From Tubiluchus corallicola (lineage: Eukaryota; Animalia; Priapulida), in NCBI GenBank assembly GCA_030141605.1, contig JAQGDQ010002375.1, positions 124,001-188,000 of the forward strand: a stretch of DNA of 64,000 bases. The letters run 5' to 3'. Each line of letters begins with the position of its first letter. Position 1 is the stretch's first letter. Made by a program: the position numbers and the translations under genes. The notes under the pieces were generated by a model, which searched no databases, was not told the origin of the DNA, and was given only the letters and a program-made list of their open reading frames with translations. This document shows positions 52,537-64,000 of the stretch, one piece after another.

Positions 52537-52741
52537 AACACCGATCTCGCCTGCTATAAAGATATCCAGTCAAACGAAATCCAAGTACGGTTTTATCATC
52601 CGGTCTCCACGTAATTTCTGCAGAGTATTAAATTTTTTAAGTTTCAACTTTAAACGTCACAGTTTCAACTTCACTTGAAAAATTTAAAATTATTTTTTCA
52701 CATTTGCGCGAGCCCAGGTGAATTTTCCGGCCTAATATATG

Positions 52742-53097
52742 CAGGGTTGGATTGCCCTATGAGCTAGTACAGGTGCAGCCTAGGGCCCCCAAACTTGGAG
52801 ACCCCTACTCTGCATTACTGAATAATTCATAACTTAAAATAAAATTTCAACTTTAAAAAAGAGACCAGGAAGTCTGAAAATCTAATTTTAAAGTTGCTCC
52901 TCAAGTGGGATAAAGGATCCTTGTTTGAGGCCCTTGATTATTTGAGATACGGGCCCCTCTTTAAAGCTCTTTATTTGAAATATGGAGCCCACAACTATGC
53001 AAATGTTGATAAAATATATCTCAAGAGAAAATATTCGATCTGTGGGACCCATAATTTCATTAGCCTAGAGGCCCCAAAAGGTTATAATCCGGCCCTG
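52742..53097 (-). mobile_element. hAT-type MITE related to 47510-47881, opposite orientation
   Basis: Ends CAGGGTTGGATT / AATCCGGCCCTG. The right end CTAGAGGCCCCAAAAGGTTATAATCCGGCCCTG is the near reverse complement of 47510-47542. AATATATG flanks both sides (right offset by 1). Confidence 0.8.
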
Positions 53098-55708
53098 AAA
53101 TATATGACCAATATTTAGTAGGGTGTAGGGTGCAAATTCAGATAAATCTCTTAATCCAGCCTGAAGGAGGTAAATAATCAAGAGCAATACGACAGACGAA
53201 CTTTGATAGTAACTTCAAAATTAGAAATTCTTAGAAAAATTATTTCTAAATGGTAAGCTAGTGCTGTACGAAAAACTCTTCCAAGTTCCAAATAGCTTTA
53301 TAGTAAAACTAAACACCTACTTTCAATTATAATAGAGCAAAAATATATTTACTACAATCACCAACCACTAGGAGCAAAGATGTCCCTCTACTGAAGGCCC
53401 TCTTAAGTGTGCACGCCACTATATTTACAATGTTCCTATAAACGAGTAAAACCAATATCTTATTATGCACAATCGTAATGTCGCCCTGGAAAGCATTTTT
53501 ACGTCCCTAGAGGTACAAAATGAAGCTAAAATTGATGTTGTTGTTTGAAATAGCATGACAGGTTGCCAGTAATTAGTTTTTGTAAGCCTGGCGTGTGCAA
53601 GTGGACCTGAATGAATTTAAACGACGAATAAGCACGCAACATTCCGTGTTGCAAAATAATAACTCAAACTCAAGCAGTTTGCTGTTGATGCAGTTTAACA
53701 AGATAAATGATTTAAGTGAAGTTGTTTCAATGACGCCGTTTATACTGAGCCATTATACACTTAAACGAGAACAGGATGATTTTTCATATTATACTCTATT
53801 TTGAAGTACGGCATAAAGTATACATTTTATGACCCATAATAATGCCAAAGCGTTTCTGATAATTAAGTGATAGGTTAAAAACTTAATTAATGGCGGGCGA
53901 GCCCAAATAGTGACGGACATCACAAGTGAACATAATTTTCAACAGCACAAACATTCCACGAGCGTGTTGCACGTGTCTGCGAAAGCGAAATACAGTACTA
54001 CTGTAAAACATTCAGTGTGATACACAAAAATTCGGAAAACTTAAAGTTTAAAATTCAAATTTCAAATTTACCACAGTACTCACGCGTGATCTCTCGAACG
54101 CATGCAGTACGTCTCAACAGAACACGTCTGTGCTGTGAGGTAGAGCACCTGTTTTTGGTACAACGCTTAAAACGCAAGATAAAACGCAATTAGATATATT
54201 TTGAAAGCTTCTTTGCTTCGTATGTTTGTCTGACACCGAGGTTTAAGATGGTCTCCAGTTAATGTATATTACCGTGCGATTTGATTCTAAACCGACAGGC
54301 TGAATTTTGATCTAGCATATTTCTAGTTCTTACAACTACAGCATGCCACAGCTAGTCAGCTTCAAGTCCATCCGTTTAATAAAAGACATTTATCATTACA
54401 ATTTGATTGTTCCCATTCTTCTTTTCTTTTTTGAATAGTAAATTTTGAGCTAATGCTTCCAAAATTGAAAATATTCTCCAATACACTTAAAAACATATTA
54501 CTATAACTACACAAGAACAAGTAACTTGCAAAGTGTTCGAATAAAAATATGGTTGAGGTTGACACATTAATTTAAAAAGTCTGAGGTTGCATTACTACCT
54601 GGACAAGTCAAAACTTACAAGATAAAACTTATGCACAGATAGACCAGATGAAGTATCGAACACCATGCACATTCTGTCCAAACATCAAGTTCATGTTCAT
54701 GTAACCTCTTTATAGAATAGAAACCGACCAAGACCTTCAGTGTTCAGATTACGAAATCCTAAAAGTATTTCACGCTTACTATAACTCAATCACACGGGCT
54801 TCAATTACGCTGAATTATACAGTGACTAGATAGACTGCAGCTCATTTCAGAAGAATGATGAATTATTATCCGACTTGTGGACTGATTAAATCCAGGAAGG
54901 CGTCTCCTTGTCGGCCAGCAATCGATTACTTTTGATTAATACAAACTAGATTACAACAGGCCTGCATTAAAAAGCAAGATTTAACCCTCAAACACCAAAC
55001 CAGAAGAGTACATGCTGTGCGAGAAAAAGCTCTTTTTCTTTAACACATTACTATCAGTTGACCTAGGCCTAACATTCAACTGTATTATCAATTCATCCAC
55101 TTACGTTATTCGTGGTTATAATAAGCTAAATTTTTGATTATTTTGTAGTTACATCCTGGTGCAAGGGCGTTGCTGGTATTCGTTCAATTCTGCACGATCG
55201 CATGTGCACTATGTCACTACGTGCACGTTTTCTGCGTTTCAAATTTCAGAGGTTTATAACAATTTTATGTGCATTTTATATCTGAACGATAAATTTAACC
55301 CATCGGCACCAAAACCGGAGTCAACAACTTCCACACACAAGTTTTTTTTTTGCTCATTTGAGTTTGGTTGGTACCACTGGTTACATTAATTGCAGCAGAA
55401 TATAAACTTTGCAAGCTTCATAGCACCTGTTGTACTGTAGATGGACCTTCGTTTAACAAAAAACATTAAATTAACAACGAAGGGCATTAAAAACGTTACA
55501 GTTAAATATACAGGCTGTCAAAATATTAAATTTGTATTGAATGCTAGCATGAGTGCCCGAGAAGAGCATGCCTTTTTGCACTGAACAGTGTTCTACTTGA
55601 CGAGCAAGTCACCTCTGACAGATCATCAATTTCCTGGAAAATGATAAAACAGCAAGGTTATGACAGGGAAAATAAGAGTGCAAAAACTCCATCAAACCCT
55701 ATAGACCC

Positions 55709-56100
55709 GAATTCAGGTAAAAAATTCTCAGATAAAAAAGTCATAGGAAAAAAGATATAATTAATTTTGGCTAGGGTTAGGGGTTTTTCCTGTAACTTCT
55801 TTTCCTAGCTAAATTTGTGACTTCTTTCCATGACTTTTTTCCTATGACTTCATTACCACTCACCTGTTTATGCAGTTTTTGCTTTCTAAAATCTATATTC
55901 TACAACCACAACATTTTGTAGAATGATCATAGTAATTAATTATTATGTTTATTGTTTGTCACGTTGTGATGCAAATGTCACACTTTCAATATGCAGTAGC
56001 GAATCCAGGTAAACACGTCACAGGTAAAAAAGTCACAGAAAAAAGTCACAGAAAAAACTGAAAGGTGACTTTTCTGTGACTTTCTTTTCATGTGAATTTA
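55709..56100. mobile_element. Two adjacent short palindromic elements with AAAAAGTCACAG/TGACTTTT repeats
   Basis: GAATTCAGGTAAAAAA..AAAAAAGTCATAGG...TAGGGTTAGGG...CCTATGACTT at 55709-55860, and GAATCCAGGTAAA...AAAAGTCACAGAAAA...TTTTCTGTGACTTT at 56001-56100. Confidence 0.6.
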
Positions 56101-58199
56101 GTACCAGTCACAGCAATAGCAATATAACTGTGGACAGATATCATTTGAATAAATGGCTGATCGCTAGAAACGTTGAGCTGAATGTACATCTAAATGTGGA
56201 ACGTAGTCAAAACACCGATTTAGAGCAAAATAAAATTGTCTGCTGGCTAGCTACAGAAATGACTAAAAGATCTGCTGGTGAGACAGCATTTCTGGGAAGT
56301 ACCATTTGAATTTCCATTGCTTTAGATAAATAAGTAAAAGTTCAACACAAATCTAATCGTGCCATTTAGAAATGTGTAAACCAACAAACTTGAAATCATT
56401 TCAGTCAACAAAGGAATTCACTTGATACGCAATTTCAATGAGATGAAATCTGATCCAAAAAACACTAACCGATCCTCAGAAATTGCTTCCACATAACTCA
56501 AAACGTTTGTACAAAAACGTATGAAAACCGAAGAACAGCAAAATTGTCTCGTTTTCTGACAATCGACATTTACAAATCATTGATCAATGCCTTTATCTTA
56601 CAATAGCCGTCAGCCCTGAAGATGTGATTTGTGGATGAATAATGAAAGCGTAGTCAGCTGCACAGTACAAGTGTGGTCTAATTTCACCAGGATTATGTTT
56701 GACTACACTGCTCATACAACTCGTCAGGAAAACAGTGAATGCAATTCCCATCATGAATATGATTGCATGGATGATGTCATCTTATTCAATATTGACATAA
56801 TCAATGGTGGCAATCATCTAGTCGGTTTGGTTTGCTGTTGATAATCGTTATATTGCATTTCCGCCTCCGCTGTTAGGGAAGTTTCACCTCTCGTGCTAGG
56901 CTTACATGCAGGGAGTTCTTTGTCATTGCATTTTGTTGGCGACCCAATGCACATCCGCTTTCTGCAAAATTTTGCAAACTTTTATCGAAGTTATGGTTTC
57001 GGTGGTATTTTTGCAACTTTTCAACTTTGCCTTGGTGAAGATGGAGTAACACCTCTGACATACTAACTATTAAAGACTGCAATTGTGTTAATACGCTTCT
57101 ATATTTCTTTATACTTTCATTCATACGTGTTTTAAAGAAATGTATCCAAACGTTCAAGAGCGAGAAGTTTTAAAACATGGTCCATAATCTCCAGCAGTTA
57201 GGAAACGTTGATGAATTTCAGTTTCAATGCAAAGCCGTTAACCGCTGCTTCTTCAGTTTTTGAAAGATTCGATTTGGGAAATTAAGAATTCCAACACAGT
57301 TCCACCTCTTCTGTTGGGGCTTGCATCCGCTGGTCATGTCATGTCATGAACGTTGCTAATGTCTGTGTCACACTACAGAAGACATTTTGTAAAATCTGTT
57401 CCAACATAAATTGGAAGTGCTTGTCACTAGTTTCCAAACACATAAAACGACTTGTAAAATCTTATTCCCAATATAAATTTACGAAAGTCATTTGATATTG
57501 GAAGGGTTTGTCCGTATAGTTAATGTGTGGTGAAAATCTTACTTATTCTGCATCACAAATAAAAATGATATCTAATACGAAATGTTGTGAGGATTTGTGA
57601 GATGTATCCGGTAGGTCGGGTAACAGTACAAGCAAGAATTTTCCACGATCAGTATTAGAAAAAAGTAAAAAATCAGAAACGAATACGTGGAATAGAAAAC
57701 TAATGGCTATAATTAGAATCTACAACAGAAAACTATTTTGCAAACAGCACACACAGCCAGTGTCATGTAATTTGCTGATGCAATAGCACACATACGATAA
57801 GTTGAAATTCTGGAAATTTCATGCGTTGATCACCACCGCATTCCAGTGACGTAACTGATGCGGTATCCGAGGAAACAAACAACAGCGAAATTAGTCCCGC
57901 TGATAATCGCATTTATCACTAAGCGATTTTATATGTTTCTGCCAGGAGAAATGACCAAGTGTGATCTATAGAATAAGACAAACAAGAAAGAAGGAAGCAG
58001 AGCAATTTGACCATGCAAATTAAAAAAAACAGGAGAGAGGGTAAGGGACGACACACAGAGGGCGGGTGAGAACCAGAAAGAGAGAGAAAAAGAGAGAGAA
58101 TGGGAACGAGTGAGAGAGATTTCTGATATTCTACTTACAGCCAACTTCAGCTCTGGGTCTTTCAGCAGGATAAGTCACTGATCTTCAAAATGGTCCCAA

Positions 58200-58900
58200 T
58201 TACAATCAGTTGGAAGTCTCTCTCATCACACACCAACAGCCTATTTACACACCAGCATGCATTTCATTCTGTCAGAAGCAGAAGTTCAGTGCGTAATCAC
58301 GTGCAGCATAGTGGGGAATGAATGAGAGTCGTAATGAAGCCCAGCGCTCTCCACTCCTCGCTGGTGCTGCTTATTGATTGATTATTACATTAACCGCTCA
58401 CTGCTTGGACGCCAACTTTGGACGAATCACCTCGAAAACCAGGCGCCAGTCGGACAGCAGCATCCAAAACTTCGGCACGGCATGTGTATCGTTGCTTGCA
58501 TTGTTGACGCAGCTATTTCCAATTAATATAGACTCCCTCACAATTCATGGTTCCGTTTCCGTTTGTAATGCGTCTCTTGTTTCTACTATTTTCCGATGCT
58601 CAAAAAAGATTCTGAATTTAAGGAAGGCACATGTACTTTAGGCACGTCTACTTCAGCTGATTCTATCCATTTCAAGCAAATGTACTGCCCACTCATTTCA
58701 AATCTTTCCGCTGCTCTTAAATAGCATTCGTCGAACATTTCTGCAGTCAGCAAATGCTTCCGAAGACCTCCCCTTTCAGCTCTTCACTCTTAAGCAATTT
58801 TATCACTCGTCTATTGTTGGAAAGCTTTTAGAGATGAAAAGCACTAATTAGAGATTGAGACTGGAAAAGCGCCAGACACGACCGAAATAACAACATCACT
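58200..58900 (+). mobile_element. Possible highly decayed hAT transposase relic
   Basis: ITLTAHCLDANF (58381+) resembles the hAT/ZBED LTAHWxDxxF motif; a weak LLES.LEMK similarity lies near 58815. Many stops. Confidence 0.3.
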
Positions 58901-61399
58901 TAACTTCCTCAATCAAATTGCTGTAGTCTTCATCTTCAAACTGCTAACGTATAAGCAAGAGCAAAAAACGAGTGATCTGGAAATACCGATTTTTTATAGA
59001 CAAGTATAATTGTACAAACATTATGTTTGTTTAGTTATCTATTTAACTATTATTTCTGAATTTAATTATTTAACTATTTATCGGAAGAATAGACGTTTTA
59101 GTTAAGTCATATTATATTGATTTAAAAAAACTTTAATTCGTTTTTTAAACATGCAAGGACCTTATCCAAGCAGATGTTTCGTCCTCCCGTGCTGCTAAAC
59201 GTATATTTTTCTTATAGACAGAAAACAAACTTACACGGCAGACACAGTTTGTTTCTACACAGACAAGTTCAGGCACAAAAATCCTATTTTGCAATTTGCA
59301 ACCTCACAAATATGTACAATCATGCTTTGCACATATACTGTGTACTCTCACTTATCACCCATAAGAGTATTTTTCTTTTGAGGTTAGCAATTATAGAATA
59401 AAATAGGCCTGCTGACTCACAAATATATTAGCACGATTTTCATTTCTATGCAAAATTCGAACGGTGACTATTCAATGATCTTTATACATTTAGCATGATT
59501 GACTGAACAAAAGTTGATTTAGCCACAAGGCTTAACTCAAGAAATGAAAATTAAGACAATTCGTTGTATCATCTATTACTACCGTTTCCATTCATGTTCC
59601 CGCTCAATCCAAGCCGGTTTTTATTTTTATTATAAAAAAAATAAGCGTTGCGTTAGTACCTGGGCACTTTACATCACAGCGCAGAAGCAACTGCCAAATC
59701 GGTCGCCCAATGGCGCCACACTGATTGTCGAAGCAATCAATCATATTAATGGGCAAGACTCTAATCTTCAATAGAGGTACATCTATTGTGTAATTCTCAT
59801 TATGCATTATGTACCCTGACAATAATTGGTACTCAGATATTACCAAATGCACGCATGCCTTACGCATTGCTACATACCTTACACTAAATGCATTCTGCCT
59901 TAATTACGAAATTAAAAAAAAGAAATGAAATTAAAAATTAATTTAGTTTAGTTTGAATATTAGCCTTAAGATACTTTTTAGGTACTACATTAACAAGTAC
60001 AGGTCGACATTACAGTGACTACAAATGTTTTTTGGTCAACTAACTCGACCAAAGGACCTGGACCAAGGGACCTGACCTAGATCACTACTCATCTGAGTGT
60101 TATTATTGTTGTTGTTCTTATTGCATTGTCAACTGCTCTCCTACGTATAAAACACGCTGCATCAGAAAGAAAAATGGCATCTGGAAAGCGTTTAGCAAAT
60201 TCTATGCAAACAGCAAATACTTCTGAATCACCGCAAGCATGAAATGGAGTTTAGGAACTAATACCAACTACAAAATATATTATCCGTAGCCCATTCGGGG
60301 CGACAAATTATAAAAATACATTTATGAGCAAATACATTTTAATAAAAAATTGTTTCCTGAGAATAAGAATCTTAATATTTTGAGTATTTCCTTTTCAGTG
60401 ATGCGTGCAGTTCTTGTGAATCTCAAGAGCATTCGTCAATACGCGTCCTCTATGTCATCACGGTCACCACAATCACCTTTACGAGAAGACAAAAACTACA
60501 AGTATCAGCCAGAAATAAACCCTTTTCCATACTAACTCATTAGAGGACACCTTGATAAAAGCTGCTGACAAATCAAACTATGCACAGATTACAACATCAA
60601 TATTTCAGCCCAAAACATTCGATTCCCAGCGAATTTCAGCTGAACGTTTACAAGCTTCGCATTAAAACAAACAATCGTCATACATACTCCTGCTGACCCT
60701 GATCACAATCAAAACAGTTTTATCTAGTAATTGAAAAATCACAAAGCAGCAGGTAATTTAACGCTTTTCTCAGTTTAGGATACCTCAGATGAAGAAAACA
60801 ATAACTGACCGGCCAGGATTTTTTTTACCCAAAACTAAGCAGTCAGACAGGTCTTCAAACAAGTAGCAGTATCTCACAACACTACCAGATTTGACGTGAG
60901 AGAATCCCTGTATTCCTGATAATGCAAGCATTTCAGAAATCTCTCACTAATTTCATTTTCATTTTTCTTTGCAGCTAACTGACCAAAAGCATTTGTCTTG
61001 TGGTAAGTTCTTGGACAATAGTTGATAATTTTTTGGACTTACCATTTTTTTATGATGTCACACTGTTTCTTTAGAAAACTGTAAATTTATCTCTGCATTG
61101 ATTTAGAAAATGTGTGATGCGTGGATATACATATGTCAAAATCACTGCACGAGATTTATGAAGCCAAGTCTGAAGCCACTGGGACTCTCTGGAAATTGTC
61201 ATTTGGCTTCTGGTACAATTCTTATTGATTTTTAATGTATTTTTAAAAATAACAAGGAACTTTTGAAAGGCACCCTAAAACGCAATGTGATTTTGATAAT
61301 ACAGCAAATTTACTTATATACTTGGCAGCAAAATTATCATTAACGTTTCGCACCCCAAAAGATTCAATCCATCTACGGGTAATAGGCCACCCTAGTGGT

Positions 61400-61800
61400 G
61401 GCTTTAACAAGCACAGATTGCATTAGGAATGCATCTAGGGCAGACCCTTGTGGCACAGCATCGCTTTATAATCGAATTGGACAAAACTCATCTCGCCACC
61501 ATCTAAATGTAATAAGAACATAATACGAATGATGGCGAGCAACCATTAGCGCAACCTATGCAGGAAGTCAAACAATAATGAAAATTCTGAAGGTAAAAGC
61601 CGAGTAGCTTACTAATTCACCGAAGTCAGACAATTAATATATAACGCAAAGCATAAACTTGCAGAAAAAATATCTGTAGACCATTTATTCTTGGCTGCGG
61701 CGAAAAGTTCCTTGTTATCAGAGGCATATCCGAGGTCACGGCCAATTATTTTTAGATTTCCTTCATTTCGCTATATTTCCTTCAAAAGAATCAATAAATC
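61400..61800 (-). mobile_element. Decayed LINE reverse transcriptase relic
   Basis: Minus strand near 61430-61465 reads DAVPQGSALDAFL (cf. GVPQGSxLxPxLF); STDIF upstream near 61670-61683. Confidence 0.5.
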
Positions 61801-62880
61801 GTGCATAACTAGTAACCTTGCAATCAAGCTAATGCACATTTAATTAATGAAGTGGATTTTAAGCCAGGAATCTTTGAGCTACCCACTGGATCACTTAGGC
61901 GCAAAATTAATTAGAATAACTTACTAATTAGTCTACTGAGGATAAACTAGCACTTGAAATGGAGGAAGTTGGCGAGAGCTCTATTAGTATTGCATCAAAT
62001 CCTGTCTTCATTAGTTGAAAGGTGCAGAGCGATCTCATACATCAAGCACATAATTCAAAAGTTGCTAGTCCAAATCTAGTTTCAATAAGACTATAGCTGG
62101 ATTCAAAAATTTAAAGAACTATTGAACTGTCCCGTTATTAATTTTCAAAAATCTTGCAATTGAGATTACGACCAACTAAGCCTAGGAAGTGCCTAACATT
62201 TATTTATGACTTCTAACCTTATTTTGATTTGGTACTTTATATACATAGATGCTGTTAGCTGGACTAAATGTTGTGTCCTTCAAAGAGTTTAATTATCATT
62301 ACTAATTGCATTGTATAAGTTTACTAATTGCATTTTATAACTAATTAGAAGCCATACGTGGCAGATACAATAAAACATGCATATACACAAAAAATGAATG
62401 ATGTTGCAAGTGACTGCAGAATTGTAAGTTCCACTAAAAATATCAGCACTTGATCAACCGATTATGTATGTTTTTGTAGTGTTCGTGGACGTTGTCATTA
62501 CAGCACAAACAACGAATAGCTTTGATCTATAAAGGTTCATCACCCAGGTTATTTTGGGAGCTACTGTCCGAATATACAAGAAAGCATGAAATTATTTCGG
62601 AATAGTAGCGTTGTGCAAACAGATATAAATGGTGACTTGATGCACACGTTCGATAACCATTTGTAAAAGGCAGTGTTGACACAAGCAGAACTCTGTGTTT
62701 ACCACAGATCTGTGCAGTGCTACATAATGGTGCAGAAATGGAAGGGTAAATCAATCGTTTCATTGAAGAAGCTACAAAAGGAAACTATGTAATGTACCAC
62801 ATACAAATAAATCATTTCTGTGCCAGACTCAATAATACTGAGCACTGTTATGGTTAACTGCAACATAAGAACAAAATTTA

Positions 62881-63045
62881 GCTAAAAGGGAACTGGAACT
62901 GCAGATATTTCAAAATGCCCTGGAGAATAACCACTTGACTCAGCTCATCAACTAGCCAACTAGAGAGAACAACATTAGCGACCTAATCATAACGAGTAAT
63001 CCAGACTTAATCAATCGAGCAGAGGCAAGCAATCCTTTCTCGGCA
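62881..63045 (+). mobile_element. Decayed LINE APE-endonuclease fragment (CR1-like)
   Basis: Reads NALENNHLTQLIN*PTRENNISDLIITSNPDLI, matching the LxQxVxxPTRxxNxLDLxxTxxP motif. Confidence 0.65.
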
Positions 63046-63619
63046 CAGATGTCTACTTAAACTTGATACAAACTAGAATCTACTAGTTGACAATGTTCCT
63101 GACAACATCAGAAACTGAAGATTTTTACAATTAATAGCTAAAGAATTAGGCCTTGAAAAGATGCCAACTTTTTATTGAAAGTTATAATGAAATCGCAACT
63201 TGTGACTTTTCGATCCGTGAATAAAAGAACAACCGATCTCCTACCATCATACCATTCAATTCATCTCATTGAGACCCAAAGTTTATTTGACATGCTACAA
63301 GCTTCAGTCGACACTGGAATGCATTTGTCTCTCTGATCGCTATTTTGCCCCTTGTGGGATTAGAGATATCAATTTTGCTTAACTTATACCAATTAATTTG
63401 TTTCACTGAGACCCTTCATTTGACATACTACAAGTTACTATTCTTAAAGACTGGAAAAACATCTGTGCCAACCTGCCCATTTTCAACTTTGGCTGCTAGT
63501 GAAAATTTTTTCACTATCCAAATGGCCCATATTTGCCGTACAAAAAAACTTAGCTTAGGCCCATTTAGTCACGTACCAAAAACAGTAGGAGAGAGGGCCT
63601 GACAAAAAACTTACATATA

Positions 63620-64000
63620 TCTACTGTCCTTGACCCTTACACCCTAGGTCACCAAGCAGTGTTCAGTTGTCTGAGCCCATGCCCCAGATATCTACCTACA
63701 AATTTCATTTAGTTTCCTAATTATTAACAAGCCCTGTTTTAACACTTATGCCCATGTCATGTGACCTGGCCACATCCACTTTCTTAGTGCATATCTACCT
63801 CTTCTTAGATATCCATACATGCAAAAACAGTCTCCTAATATAAAAACAGCTTAGTGACAAAGTCATTTGCAGTACTTTGCTGTGACCTTTGACCCAGAGG
63901 TCGCCTTTCCTATACTATTCTCTGAGCACCTAACTCAAGCGTCTACCCTGCAAATTTTGTTATATGTCTTATGCTTATGGAGTTACAGACATAGATAGCC
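63620..64000. repeat. Probable interspersed repeat with TGACC(T)TTGACC motifs
   Basis: Recurrent TTGACCC/GTGACCTTTGACCC/GGTCA and CTAC..CAAATTT segments; similar motif at ~50385. Confidence 0.4.

Noticed and set aside
51139-52678. 402-aa and overlapping Cys-rich ORFs; array superficially CRISPR-like
   Set aside because: The same peptides appear in all three frames because the 29/31-bp unit is mostly stop-free. There are no unique spacers or cas genes, and the context is eukaryotic.
56400-57340. Coding-like stretch, possibly a decayed DNA transposase (ORF 56873-57157)
   Set aside because: Multiple stops and no motif I can match with confidence; needs BLASTx against transposon proteins.

Overview
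AT-rich animal (invertebrate-like) genomic DNA, not prokaryotic. The window holds one complete multi-exon gene on the minus strand: a heparan sulfate N-deacetylase/N-sulfotransferase (NDST / sulfateless orthologue). I assembled it by hand from GT-AG bounded, phase-consistent exons between 36344 and 17199, giving about 873/874 aa. The main finding is that coding exon 4, which carries the HMWSH deacetylase motif, exists as two diverged tandem copies: 4A (30268-30380) and 4B (28433-28548). Both copies are intact, share splice phases (1 in, 0 out) and would frameshift if joined, which is the signature of mutually exclusive exons swapping part of an active site. Around them are a candidate RNA stem bracketing 4B, a 15-nt microexon candidate and a 71-nt same-phase cassette candidate. 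Exon 13 has a triplicated in-frame splice acceptor, and the 5' UTR has several uORFs. The rest is intronic/intergenic: a 5'-truncated CR1/L2-like LINE, tRNA-derived SINEs, several MITEs, a 29/31-bp minisatellite inside a probable Helentron/DINE-like element, a ~100-bp tandem repeat and microsatellites. All coordinates and alignments were read by eye; no searches were run.
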